DNA of 63,513 bases, filler included, from Octopus bimaculoides (Eukaryota), in NCBI RefSeq assembly GCF_001194135.2. It is 3 parts of 3 records of this genome, joined end to end, with 100 filler letters (N's around TTAATTAATTAA, not from the genome) between each part and the next. Parts side by side here need not be neighbours in the genome. Positions count along the whole stretch, not along the records: positions 1 to 27,165 come from NC_068983.1; 2 more parts are not named here. One strand, written 5' to 3'. Shown one piece after another: positions 12,119-23,385 of the stretch (its first letter is position 1; every line of letters begins with the position of its first letter). The notes below the pieces were generated by a model. The model was not told the origin of the DNA. It saw nothing but the letters and a program-made list of their open reading frames with translations, and searched no databases. The translations under genes were made by a program, and so were the position numbers.

Positions 12119-12828
12119 TGAGGTCTGATCAATAATTATCGGGACTGTCGACATAGCAACGAAGCTAAATCACGCGGAGTAAAACCGCTGGGCACACATT
12201 GACCTTAAACGCTACAATGTATGTACACTAAGTTCTAGCTAATTTTATCTCTTTACAGCAGTGCTTGGAACGAAAGTGTGTAGCGAGTGATCGCGGCATT
12301 GACTATGACATTGAACGGGGAATCTGCATCAAATTGTGCCAAACGCTTCGCGATAGCTGCTCAGAGGCCTACGCAAAGTTTTTTTTAAATGTTTTCATCG
12401 TTCTCGACACAATCAAGGAATCTTGTACAACTTCAGTGCAACTTCAGTGCAACTTCACCCGAGTGTTTGCGATGTTTTCTCAGTTTTGCAGGTTGCGAGT
12501 CTCTCAGAAAGTTCGTCAACATCGACATTTTTCGGCCATTTTGGAAACCTCTGAACCACTCGTACACTTGTGAGCGGCTTGTACACTCCTTTCCATTTAC
12601 TTTCTGCAACTTTGCATAGGTATCTGAGCAGGTATTGCACTGACAACTTTTTCTGTCATGGTCAATGCGACGATCATACGCTACCAACCTTCCTTCCAAG
12701 AACTGCTATAAACAGCGGAAGGGAGCTAGAACGTTAAAACTTAATGCACATACACAGCAGAGTTCAAGATCAATTTTTGCCAAGAGACTTCAGTGGCAAG
12801 AGTCCGGACACATATTGATCAGACCGTG
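12119..12828. mobile_element. Mariner-derived fold-back element made of two inward-facing 5' ends
   Basis: TIRs tgaggtctgatcaataattatcgggact and agtccggacacatattgatcagaccgtg, with TA outside both ends. Transposase N-terminus on + (ERGICIKLCQTL..SCSEAYAK) and on - (SDTYAKLQKVNGKECTSRSQVYEWFRGFQNGR). Confidence 0.8.
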
Positions 12829-13029
12829 TATGTGCGTATATAAGTATTTTCACAAAAATGTTTTGCAACGTTAGTAACTTTTTTAATGAGCAAATTACAT
12901 ATGACAGTGGAACATTTCCTTCCATATATCTATATATCAGGAATAACATTTATCTCATCCTATAAGCAATTAATTTACAATATTTGATAAATATCAGGCT
13001 TGAGATAGCAAATACTTTTTATATGGCAA

Positions 13030-13140
13030 CTTATCTTTCATCACCTATCTTTTGCGACACTGCTAATTTACGGGGAACACCGGCTGTGTAACGCCGGTGT
13101 GCAACGATGGTGGACATATGCTCAAGCAGAAAGTTACCCA
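13030..13140 (-). mobile_element. Old SINE middle fragment
   Basis: The reverse complement resembles the ccggtg...tccccgtaacttagc...caaaaga region of the 49343-49766 family. Confidence 0.45.
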
Positions 13141-13191
13141 CGCATATATATNNNNNNNNNNNNNNNNNNNNNNNNNNNATATATATATATA

Positions 13192-13665
13192 TACTAGCAA
13201 ATGCCCCTTCACCCGTCCATTAGACGGTTTATATAGGTGTTTTCATCATCCGATGGACAGGCCATAAGAATTACAAAAACTAGCTATCCTATTAATTTAA
13301 ATAATCGTATTAAACCCTCTACCTACAGAGAGAGGGGAAGAGAGAGACAGAGAATAGAAACAAGACACAGCATAGCGACAGTTTTAGCTGACTGTCTTCC
13401 TGTAATCCCTTGTTGCCAGCAAAATGGTATGTGTCGGCTGTCTGAGCAATTCGTTGCTTTTAATGAAGAGCACGGCAGAAGAAATAGGACAAAAAGATTG
13501 TAAAAATAGCGATTCCCATTTTGAAACTGACAATTTTGAAGATCCTTTGAGATTACGGAACGCTCTTCCCCTCATGTATCCATGTTTAAAACTTCAGCGC
13601 AGTCGGATGAAAAATACCCGAGTTATAAGCGCACAGACAGACAGAGCGGGTTTTATATTGTATAT
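13192..13665 (+). mobile_element. Non-autonomous Helitron/Helentron-type element (HINE/Lep1-like)
   Basis: Starts TACTAGCAAATGCCC in a (TA)n tract and ends ...cagtcggatg...cgagttataagcgcacagacagacaga...ttttatattgtata. This terminal architecture is typical of such elements. Confidence 0.55.
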
Positions 13666-13702
13666 ATATATATATATATATATACATGTGTATGTATGCT
13701 TG

Positions 13703-13845
13703 TATACGACGGTCGTCTTTCAGTTTCTATCTCCCAAATCCACTCATAAGACTTTAGTCGACCCGAAGATATAGTAGAAGACATTTGCCCAAGTTGTCAC
13801 GCAGTGGGTGCTGAACCTGAAACCATGTACTTGGGAACCAAGCAT
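13703..13845 (-). mobile_element. 5' half of the tRNA/CORE-like SINE
   Basis: Homologous to 49605-49745 (tagtagaagaca.ttgccc.ag...cacgcagtggg..ctgaacc). Confidence 0.8.
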
Positions 13846-15624
13846 TCACATCTTCTATTGTATCACTATTATTTCAATGTCACACAGGTTCATTCTCTTA
13901 TATTGTAAGTATAAAAGCATGCCACTGACCTCGTAACTTGGTACTCACGAATCTGTCTTCCTGTATTCTTATTCACTGTTTACCGATTCGTAATTCGATA
14001 TATATGGCGACGTCAGCGTATTGCTGAGTCCTAAGCATGCGTGGCATTTTCTACTAAAACTGGCTAAATTATTTAAAAATCATAATTGCCATTGAACTAA
14101 CATTCATCACATTAATATTTCACGTTAAACTACGGACCTTCCAATTGAATATGTCCACTAGTCACTATAACATATGCTAGCAATAAATTTCCATGATATT
14201 GAATTTTCAATGCAAATGCCTTCCAGCATATTTAGGAGTTGATATTTCAAACAAAAGCGGTAAAAACCAGGAACTACTTAACTCCAGCCTGAGCATAATC
14301 AGCCATGAATAAATATTTCCTAATGATTGAGATTCTAAAACGTTGAAGATATTCAATGATAAATATAGATTTGCTCATGTAATTAATTGTATTATTGGCT
14401 TAATTATATATTTCAATTATAAAATGAGATCCTTATTTCGATGTGGCATATTTATGTTATATAGCATTCTAGGATATCTATATTGAGATTATAATATCGA
14501 TTTCTTACATTGGCTCAAAATACGAAGGATGTATGCTCATCGTAGTGATCAACCGCAGTGAATTACTGGTACTTATTATATCGGAAAACGTGAGTTGCAT
14601 TGCAAAAAGTACTTGATGGCCTTTACTACTCGTTTACAGTTTTGACTACCACGCGGCCGTTTAAATTTCAATAGAATTGATTTCCAATATTTACACAAGG
14701 CTATACAATGATATAGAATTTAGTTGGAATCTATTATAGAACACTGTCGTCGATACTTATTTTATCCAGGCGACGACATTGTACGTTTAATGTGATACAT
14801 AGCATTATCGGAACACACTGGTAGTAAATAGTTCTATACTTTATTCGTTCATATTTGCATTGAATTTCATGTTACTATTTTTGCACCAAGTATAGTTAGT
14901 TGATAGAATCTACAATATAAAGATTTAAAATTTTTGAATTCTAAAACATTTAATGCTGGCCCTACGTAGTCAAAAAGATTATGAATGTCATTGGCGTTTC
15001 AAAGAAATACGTATGTATGGTTTATTTATATTATTAAATAATAAGCCATATAAAAACGATTATTATTAACAACGTAATGTTCACACAAACATTCACATGT
15101 ACGAGCACGCATACACTTGGGAATGTGCAGACACTAAATCACAAACAAAAACAAAATCGAAATCTTCTTCCTGAGCTGATGTCTGAAGGACAGATTTTAT
15201 ATATTTAATGGAATTTTATTTGTAACCTTTTTGTATATTTTCCAATATACAATAACACAAATTAGGATTTTCAATACCAATAGTTGCAGGAAAATTACTG
15301 TTAAATGTCATAAATCTAAATAAAATCGATTTATTCAGAAAATCTACGCTATTGAAGAAGTTCTACAATAAATGCAACCGAGCGTGTATTTAGCTATTGG
15401 AGTCATTATTTAGGCGTAAGAGAAAAATACGATTACAACCTCACAGAAATAGCGTTATTATATTTCAAAATATCACTTTATAGAGCTACGAATTTAAATT
15501 GTTTACTACTCACTTAAGGTATAAAGCACTTATTCAAAAATAAATTCATGGGTAATATATTTCCTAATTTTGTTGAGTTATTCACTTCATGTTGCTTTAT
15601 TTTCTGTTTATCTTTTAACTCTGC

Positions 15625-16811
15625 TGTTGTACACACTATTTGACTATTTCAAAGTTGTTTCTATTAGCATCGATTTGTTTAATTGTTGCAGTAACCCAAT
15701 TTTGTTTCCCATTGCTCATAGCATTTCTTACATTTAAGTTTGGTTATACGCAAAATTTACAAATAATTATAACAAATGGGAATGCCATACAAATAGAGAG
15801 TATCCAATACATTTCCATACCTTCATATATATCGTATCTACATTGACTCATTAACTCGAAATAGATTTATAATGTGTGATTATTTACCTTCAAATATATA
15901 AAAGGTTTCTAGTAGTCTTTCAAAAATATGCTTTTATTTCAGTGCCTGAAGATTGTTACGGCAAATATCAATTAAAAAAATGCGCCTTTTAAAGCTTAGC
16001 CAGTCTAATGGGCCCGGTTCNNNNNNNNNNNNNNNNNNNNNNNNNNNNNNNNNNNNNNNNNNNNNNNNNNNNNNNNNNNNNNNNNNNNNNNNNNNNNNNN
16101 NNNNNNNNNNNNNNNNNNNNNNNNNNNNNNNNNNNNNNNNNNNNNNNNNNNNNNNNNNNNNNNNNNNNNNNNNNNNNNNNNNNNNNNNNNNNNNNNNNNN
16201 NNNNNNNNNNNNNNNNNNNNNNNNNNNNNNNNNNNNNNNNNNNNNNNNNNNNNNNNNNNNNNNNNNNNNNNNNNNNNNNNNNNNNNNNNNNNNNNNNNNN
16301 NNNNNNNNNNNNNNNNNNNNNNNNNNNNNNNNNNNNNNNNNNNNNNNNNNNNNNNNNNNNNNNNNNNNNNNNNNNNNNNNNNNNNNNNNNNNNNNNNNNN
16401 NNNNNNNNNNNNNNNTGTTGTACACACTATTTGACTATTTCAAAGTTGTTTCTATTAGCATCGATTTGTTTAATTGTTGCAGTAACCCAATTTTGTTTCC
16501 CATTGCTCATAGCATTTCTTACATTTAAGTTTGGTTATACGCAAAATTTACAAATAATTATAACAAATGGGAATGCCATACAAATAGAGAGTATCCAATA
16601 CATTTCCATACCTTCATATATATCGTATCTACATTGACTCATTAACTCGAAATAGATTTATAATGTGTGATTATTTACCTTCAAATATATAAAAGGTTTC
16701 TAGTAGTCTTTCAAAAATATGCTTTTATTTCAGTGCCTGAAGATTGTTACGGCAAATATCAATTAAAAAAATGCGCCTTTTAAAGCTTAGCCAGTCTAAT
16801 GGGCCCGGTTC
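15625..16811. repeat. 396-bp direct duplication (15625-16020 = 16416-16811) across a 395-N gap
   Basis: The two copies look identical by eye. Probably unmerged overlapping contig ends. Confidence 0.9.
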
Positions 16812-17590
16812 GTCTGCGGTGAAATCCATTCCAGTTGTGATCCTGCAGTATATTTTTTTCATATACAATACATCGACTCCAATGTAAAAAAAATCACCGT
16901 TCATTTTTCAGTTTGGCTTATGATTGCTAGCTGGTACTAGCTCTCTTGCAGAGTCAACGTTCCGTTTTGGTGGTAGAAAGGAATTACTAATCAGTGACAG
17001 TGGTGGATTTTAAAGAGCGGGCCTGACTGTTCTTGTACTGGTGTAATACAGTAGAGACACCAGGGTCTCGGTGGAAATAAACTACTGTAATTTGGTAGAC
17101 TAACAGTGCGTGAGAGTCATTGCACCCTTCTAATATTCTAGCAGTAGAAGTAGGTGGGGAATACTGGATTCATACAATGAGATAGAAAAAGTAGACATAA
17201 CAAGCTGCAGAAATGTCAGTAAGGGCAACGTGTGAGGAACAATACATCACTACAAAGCGACAAAAACAGTACTCGATGAACTTGTAATGTTTGTTCATTG
17301 TCCACTAATGCATCGCAGCATTACGGTAAGACAGGCAACTATTATAAATAGAAGGTAACTGAAATATGTACGGGTGCTTATATAATCGATTAACATGCCT
17401 CAAAATGATTTTACAAGAGAGTTGCAAACACATTAAAGAAACTATAATTAAAATAACCAGAGTTTTCTAGTTAGCTCAGGGTCACAACCTTCCTAAATCG
17501 GTAAATTAAGTGGAAACTGACACACACACAGAAACACATACACATATGTAAGTGTATGTGTATACGGCTGTCTGTCTGTCTGTCTGTCTC

Positions 17591-17634
<44 letters not shown>

Positions 17635-18039
17635 TTTGTGTGTGGGTGGGGGGCGTGAGTGTGTGTGTGTATAAGTTTGCATTTATATATGCGCATGTGT
17701 GTGTGAGCGTGTGCATTTGTACGCATACTTGTATGTATACATGTATACAAATATGCACACACATACCATATCTTTCTTTCTCTTTTTCCCTCTCTATGTA
17801 CATATATATATATATATAGCAGAAACAACTGCAGGAGCTAATGAAGTTCATTACATAACATTTGTTTTTTTTCCGGTGTTTTCTCTTTGATTTATACATA
17901 GACAATAAGGTACATAAATAAAAGTAAATATTTACTGCAGTTCGTGAGTGTTATAGTGGTAGAGACCATATTCTTACGAATCTAGCTAACGATATAAGTT
18001 TGGCCATCTGTAGAATATTATTGGCTGCTTGTGCCAGGC

Positions 18040-19460
18040 TAATTTGTGAAGTTTGACAATTAAAATTTTTCTACAAAATAGGGTTCGTCTTTACATACTT
18101 ACTCTATAAATTACTGGTAAATATAGTGTTTGAACACCATACAACTATGCTTCTTATGAACACTATCCTCAGATTGTTTCTATCACAGATGGAATTATTT
18201 AATTCTCCCCATTAATTGTGTTTTGGGTTGGTGAATAAAAAAGCCAAAACAACTTATTTCATTTTATTTATTTCGGGAACTCATTCATTTTTATACAGAA
18301 TCTTGTGAAAATCTGTCGGTTCTTTGTATTTCTCTGTATAAACTTTGTTTTGTTAAGATCTATTTTGGAGTACATAACCAGTAATAATATGTTGCATCAG
18401 CAAATACAACTCATACATATATTGAACTTGCGATTGTTGAAAAGAAATGGCTTCCATAATGGGCGTTAATCTATTCTTGCGATCGTCAAGTATATTTTTA
18501 ATAAAATTCTGCAAGCATAATCATTTCTTTCCATAATTATTTAGCATCTACTAAATATAATATAGCATTTCTTTCTATTCATATTAAGACAGTGATTGGT
18601 GTAAAAATTGTCAGTTCTTCGCTGCTACCAATCGGTGAATATATTTAATTTTTGTTTGAGGCATATATATTCCCACCGAAAATTTCTTAGAACATTGTCA
18701 AAAATGTTTTTCCCTCTTAGAAATAATATACGATCTGTTTGATTAATTATAACATGAACTAATTTCCCTATCTCTAGCCGGGAACATACTGATAACTTAA
18801 TAGTTAATTTTTTGTACATACAATGTAAACTATAAAATACTAATTAGTTACATTATAAGCATAAAGTGAAGTGTTATTGAGTACGTGATATTAATATATC
18901 CATATATCCTACTAATGCTAAGCAGATTTGGCTTCTAAACTAGATTGGAGGAATTAGGTTAAGTGAAAAGGAATTCATACAATTGCCATGAAATGCTAAA
19001 TTTAATGTATTAGAACAAAATGGAAGATAACTCCCATACAAAATTAAATTAACAATAATGAGTTGTGAAGTTTATGGCAAAAAAACACCTGTCGTCGCCA
19101 AAGACGATGCTTCGCAACTCCTCATCGCATATCGCTGCTAATCACAGACATTTTCTTTCTGATTTCCAGGAAAGTATTTTATATTCTTTATGTGCTTTTG
19201 CAGCAACAAGCCAGTGATAAATATTTGATAATTCTTTCGTGCAAAAAAAAAAACAAACATAAAAACAAAAAACTTAAAACAAGTAGATCATTGTTGTACC
19301 AACTCCATATTTGCGAATGCATTCCAATCTGACTAAAACAGAAAACACTCATAATTAGAAAAAAAATTTGAATTTGAGAACAACCTCTAACGTTCTATAT
19401 TCAAATTTTACAGGGATAAGCGAGAAACGTGTACTCGTTATACTAATACTGAGATAGCCC
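18040..19460 (-). pseudogene. Toll-like receptor pseudogene 3 (LRRs, LRRCT, TM, TIR)
   Basis: LAFHGNCMNSFSLNL (about 19000-18955); LRRCT-like ORF 18819-18625 (VCSRLEIGKLVHVIINQT...NFRWEYICL); ELTIFTPITVLI; YMYEL/FADATYYYWLCTPK*; INKMK*VVLAFLF...GELNNSICDRNNLRIVFI; VQTLYL...RRTLFCRKI. Shares a 16/17-nt match with pseudogene 1 (18118-18134 vs 8554-8570). Confidence 0.55.
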
Positions 19461-19569
19461 AGAATTGTAGTCTATCACTGCAAATCTTTTTCTGTAAATA
19501 CACAGTGATACATAGCTTATTGTATATTCATACAATTATTTGTATATCCGGATGATTATCTTTAAAGAA

Positions 19570-19612
<43 letters not shown>

Positions 19613-20139
19613 NNNNNNNNNNNNNNNNNNNNNNNNNNNNNNNNNNNNNNNNNNNNNNNNNNNNNNNNNNNNNNNNNNNNNNNNNNNNNNNNNNNNNNNN
19701 NNNNNNNNNNNNNNNNNNNNNNNNNNNNNNNNNNNNNNNNNNNNNNNNNNNNNNNNNNNNNNNNNNNNNNNNNNNNNNNNNNNNNNNNNNNNNNNNNNNN
19801 NNNNNNNNNNNNNNNNNNNNNNNNNNNNNNNNNNNNNNNNNNNNNNNNNNNNNNNNNNNNNNNNNNNNNNNNNNNNNNNNNNNNNNNNNNNNNNNNNNNN
19901 NNNNNNNNNNNNNNNNNNNNNNNNNNNNNNNNNNNNNNNNNNNNNNNNNNNNNNNNNNNNNNNNNNNNNNNNNNNNNNNNNNNNNNNNNNNNNNNNNNNN
20001 NNNNNNNNNNNNNNNNNNNNNNNNNNNNNNNNNNNNNNNNNNNNNNNNNNNNNNNTATATATATATATATATATGACTTTAATTTGGCTGAAAACAAATT
20101 TGAAACACTTTCGTTGGACTAAAATGTAAAGCATAGATG

Positions 20140-20662
20140 TGTAGCAAACTCATAAGAGGCGGAGAGAGAACGTAAGTTATCTTTGACGACGAGTTACATA
20201 ATCATTAACATCATCATTAAAAGAATTGTTTTCTTTTTTTTTAAATTGCTATATTAATTTATTATATACATTTTTGACATTTATAGAACATTTAGAAATA
20301 AAGTCATTTCGTCGTAGAGAATTACGACTTAAATTTATTACCAACTAATGTTTCATTCTAGCTATAAGAGTTCACAATAATTCAATATTGTCGGATTTGA
20401 GTATTGAACATGGCATAAAATATTAGCCGATACTCAAGAGGTGAGTGTCGTGGATTTTAGTAGCAACCCAACGGTCACTGGAGACTTTGCCGAAAATCAG
20501 GATTTATATAACTGTTCATACACGAATCCACGTGAAAGACTTCTTCAACGAAGTTCAGAATTCGTATATGGACATTAATTTCAACCCATGAGAAATCAAT
20601 AATTTCTCACGTTCGGGCAAACGAACTTACATTATCTCTCCGCCTCTTATGAGTTTGCTACA
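20140..20662. mobile_element. Non-autonomous TIR element with TGT...ACA ends and a 4-bp TSD (Ginger-like)
   Basis: 39-bp TIRs 20140-20178 and 20624-20662 with 2 mismatches. GATG is duplicated at 20136-20139 and 20663-20666. Confidence 0.75.
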
Positions 20663-20879
20663 GATGATTCAAAATGTCTAGTTCCGAGATTCTAAATAAT
20701 TTTTAAAAATCTCAGAACGCATACATTAAGAAAATACCGATGGAGGATATTCGAAGAAATTAACACTGTAAATACATGTACGGATATACACACCAAAGCA
20801 ATACAAATACATATAAAAGTATATCTATAACTAGTTATATATTCACGGTAATGTATGTGCCTTGTGTTTGTGCGCCTAC

Positions 20880-21780
20880 TTGTGTAATGTGTTGAAAAAC
20901 AAAAATATCGTTTAGTTAGCCTATCCGATATTTCGATATGAAAACCAATTTATTAGTTCGTATGTCGGGTAATGCTCATAAAATGTGTAATATCAAGAAA
21001 AGAATGAAATGAGGTTCGTAAATTTGTAAACTGTAATGTAATTTCTTATATGAGCAATAGTATTTTGTTCATTATTTCATTCGCTAGGAAAAATTAAGAA
21101 TAATTTGATGATTCTATATAAAAACTGTTTACCAAAGAACATTTTATCAAAGAAAATAGATATAACAACGTAATTGACAGCAGTTTCAGTTTTCTTCGTG
21201 ACGCTTTTTCTGTTTCTAAAAATATGTCCCAAATTATTTATTCCCGTAACCAGAGGAAATTATCAAATTTTCATAACAAAGATTGCCCGATGAAATGCAA
21301 CAATAATAATATTCTAAGAAATAAGGAACATATAAATAAATCTTCTAATATACAAAGGAAAACAACCCACGTTGTATCCTGTTTTAAGCTGTGGAATAAG
21401 AATACCACTGTAAACAACAATTATACTGACTGTGATGATATAAATCAGAATAGAAATATAAATACAAGTGAAAATAGATATTTTGATTGTAAAGTTAGAA
21501 GTAAGTCGTCTTATACTAGTCTTAGAAAATTTATTTGGGCTCTGAAGGACAAGAATAAAATGTTTACTTTGGAGTTGGAAATAATAAAGAGGGCTGATGA
21601 CTATAAAATTGGAAATGTCTATTGTTTACCTGTGTGGAAGAATTATTCCAAATCTTAAATATTAAAAATAGACTCCTTGAAACCCAAAAAGAAGGTGGGA
21701 TATCCTGCGTTCACACCTGTAAATATGTTTTCAAAAACTACCATTAAATATAATGTAATGGTTACTAGAACTATAAATTA
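20880..21780 (+). mobile_element. Degenerate Penelope-like element (RT scraps plus GIY-YIG C-terminal region)
   Basis: ORF 21224-21658 has NKDCPMKC and SYTSLRKFIWALKDKNKMFTLELEIIKRA..YK.G..YC, typical of the end of the PLE endonuclease. Confidence 0.7.
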
Positions 21781-22366
21781 GGTGGACATCTAAGGATTAA
21801 TATACTAGCAATTGTAACTAAACAGTTCTTAGTTGATATTATATTAATATTACAATATAAAATAAATCGAATTTATGAATATAAGGTTTTATTTACAAAT
21901 AACTGTATTGTATAAAGGTTACTAGTACTTAAATTTAAGTACGCATCTCAGGAATTTGTGATTATTATTATTATTTCGAAAAAAATAAGTAATATTCAGT
22001 TAAAGATACTACGTATTAATTTAATAACTATTTACTTTTCAGTTTTTATCATTTTCATTTGATAACGATAATGCTTCCTCAATTAAGAACGTTGTATCTA
22101 TTCTCATTATTATTAAAAAAAATATATATTGTGCACAAATATAATAGCCAGATATGGTAATTAGTAAAAATTTTGATTCGTCATTGTCTCGTAGATTTCA
22201 ACATATTGGCACAGGCACGCACAAATACCTTAAGAATATGTTACATATACGTAGCTATGGTTTTAATTAAGAAAATAATAATTATAATTTATCACTTAAA
22301 TATAATTACTAGAGATAGCACTTGAGTGACTTATAATACATTTCTTAAGTTATTAAATATTTTACT

Positions 22367-22440
22367 GGACAATTTAGCTTAAAGGATAAAGCACATGAGG
22401 CGTAATCACAGAGATGTGCGTTCGAGTCTCATGGCTATCC
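22367..22440 (+). pseudogene. tRNA-like relic (tRNA pseudogene or SINE head)
   Basis: A-box-like TAGCTTAAAGG and B-box-like GTTCGAGTC at tRNA spacing. The acceptor stem is poor. Confidence 0.35.
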
Positions 22441-22971
22441 GGTCACAACTTTTCTGCAATATATGAGTAGCTTATCCTGTTCATACTATTGTATTAGCAT
22501 TATCATGCGTTTCAGCTTAAACTATTTCTGTATCTTTTTATATATATAAGTATTCTATAAATCCGTTTACTGGAAATGTTTTGAACATATACATATATAC
22601 GTAATTGTCGAACGATGAAAAAGAGTACTCATCACCAGATTGGTGGATATAACTTCTTTATATTTGAATTAAGGCTACCATTCGTCCCATGTTCATAGAA
22701 GTACGAAAATATCCTAGTGTCTTAATTTTTAAAGTCGATCGCATGTATGTATGTATNNNNNNNNNNNNNNNNNNNNNNNNNNNNNNNNNNNNNNNNNNNN
22801 NNNNNNNNNNNNNNNNNNNNNNNNNNNNNNNNNNNNNNNNNNNNNNNNNNNNNNNNNNNNNNNNNNNNNNNNNNNNNNNNNNNNNNNNNNNNNNNNNNNN
22901 NNNNNNNNNNNNNNNNNNNNNNNNNNNNNNNNNNNNNNNNNNNNNNNNNNNNNNNNNNNTATATATATATA

Positions 22972-23014
<43 letters not shown>

Positions 23015-23164
23015 TATTTCTTCCAAAAGTGACAACGGGACGTGGTCATGTAACTGATTTTGTAGTGCTGTATACTCAGTTGAAATTCGAACCTATAGTG
23101 ACTCCCTTGTGACATTCAATGATGTCACAGCCAGTATCCTTTGTGGTGACCGTAGTATACATAT

Positions 23165-23385
23165 CCCTAAATATTGGTATCAAATTCTGGTACAAACCCA
23201 GCATTTATGCGGAAGAAAGTGAGTTGCATTTGTTGACCCCTGTGCTCAACTAGTAATTATTTTATCGACTCCGAAAAGATGAAAGGCAAATTCGATCTCA
23301 GCTGAATTTGACCTTAGAACGTAAAGACACACAGGGGTGCTAATGATTGTGCCAGCTACCGATTCTACATCGCCTCAAGCATTAT
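23165..23385 (-). mobile_element. Second cephalopod tRNA-derived SINE family (old copy)
   Basis: ttttatcgactccgaaaagatgaaaggcaaattcgatctcagctgaatttga matches 50205-50410 and 41135-41270. Confidence 0.75.

Larger units (their letters stand above)
10860..14900 (-). pseudogene. Toll-like receptor pseudogene 2 (LRR ectodomain, LRRCT, TM, TIR) fragmented by TE insertions
   Basis: Collinear minus-strand pieces: YNVVAWIK*VSTTVFYNRFQLNSISL (about 14790-14715); SNSLRLITTMSIHPSYFEPM*EIDI (about 14570-14495); SICYLKPDIYQIL (about 13015-12975); LNLNSSNNTFTDISL...EGNRI (about 11790-11700); TC...W...YKC...TYKN (about 11470-11385); hydrophobic ICFYLLVLLPINFLL (about 11335-11290); TIR box 1 YDAYI at 11066-11052, then WFP*LET, IKDF and ANIISISTYIMIKLSSD. 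Confidence 0.6.

Noticed and set aside
18400-19250. Initial impression of a degenerate GPCR (TM and helix-8-like words)
   Set aside because: The same sequence is explained more coherently, in order, as LRR-LRRCT-TM-TIR, and it shares sequence with TLR relic 1.
22367-22440. Functional tRNA gene
   Set aside because: A and B boxes are present, but the acceptor and anticodon stems are poorly paired. Kept only as a low-confidence relic.
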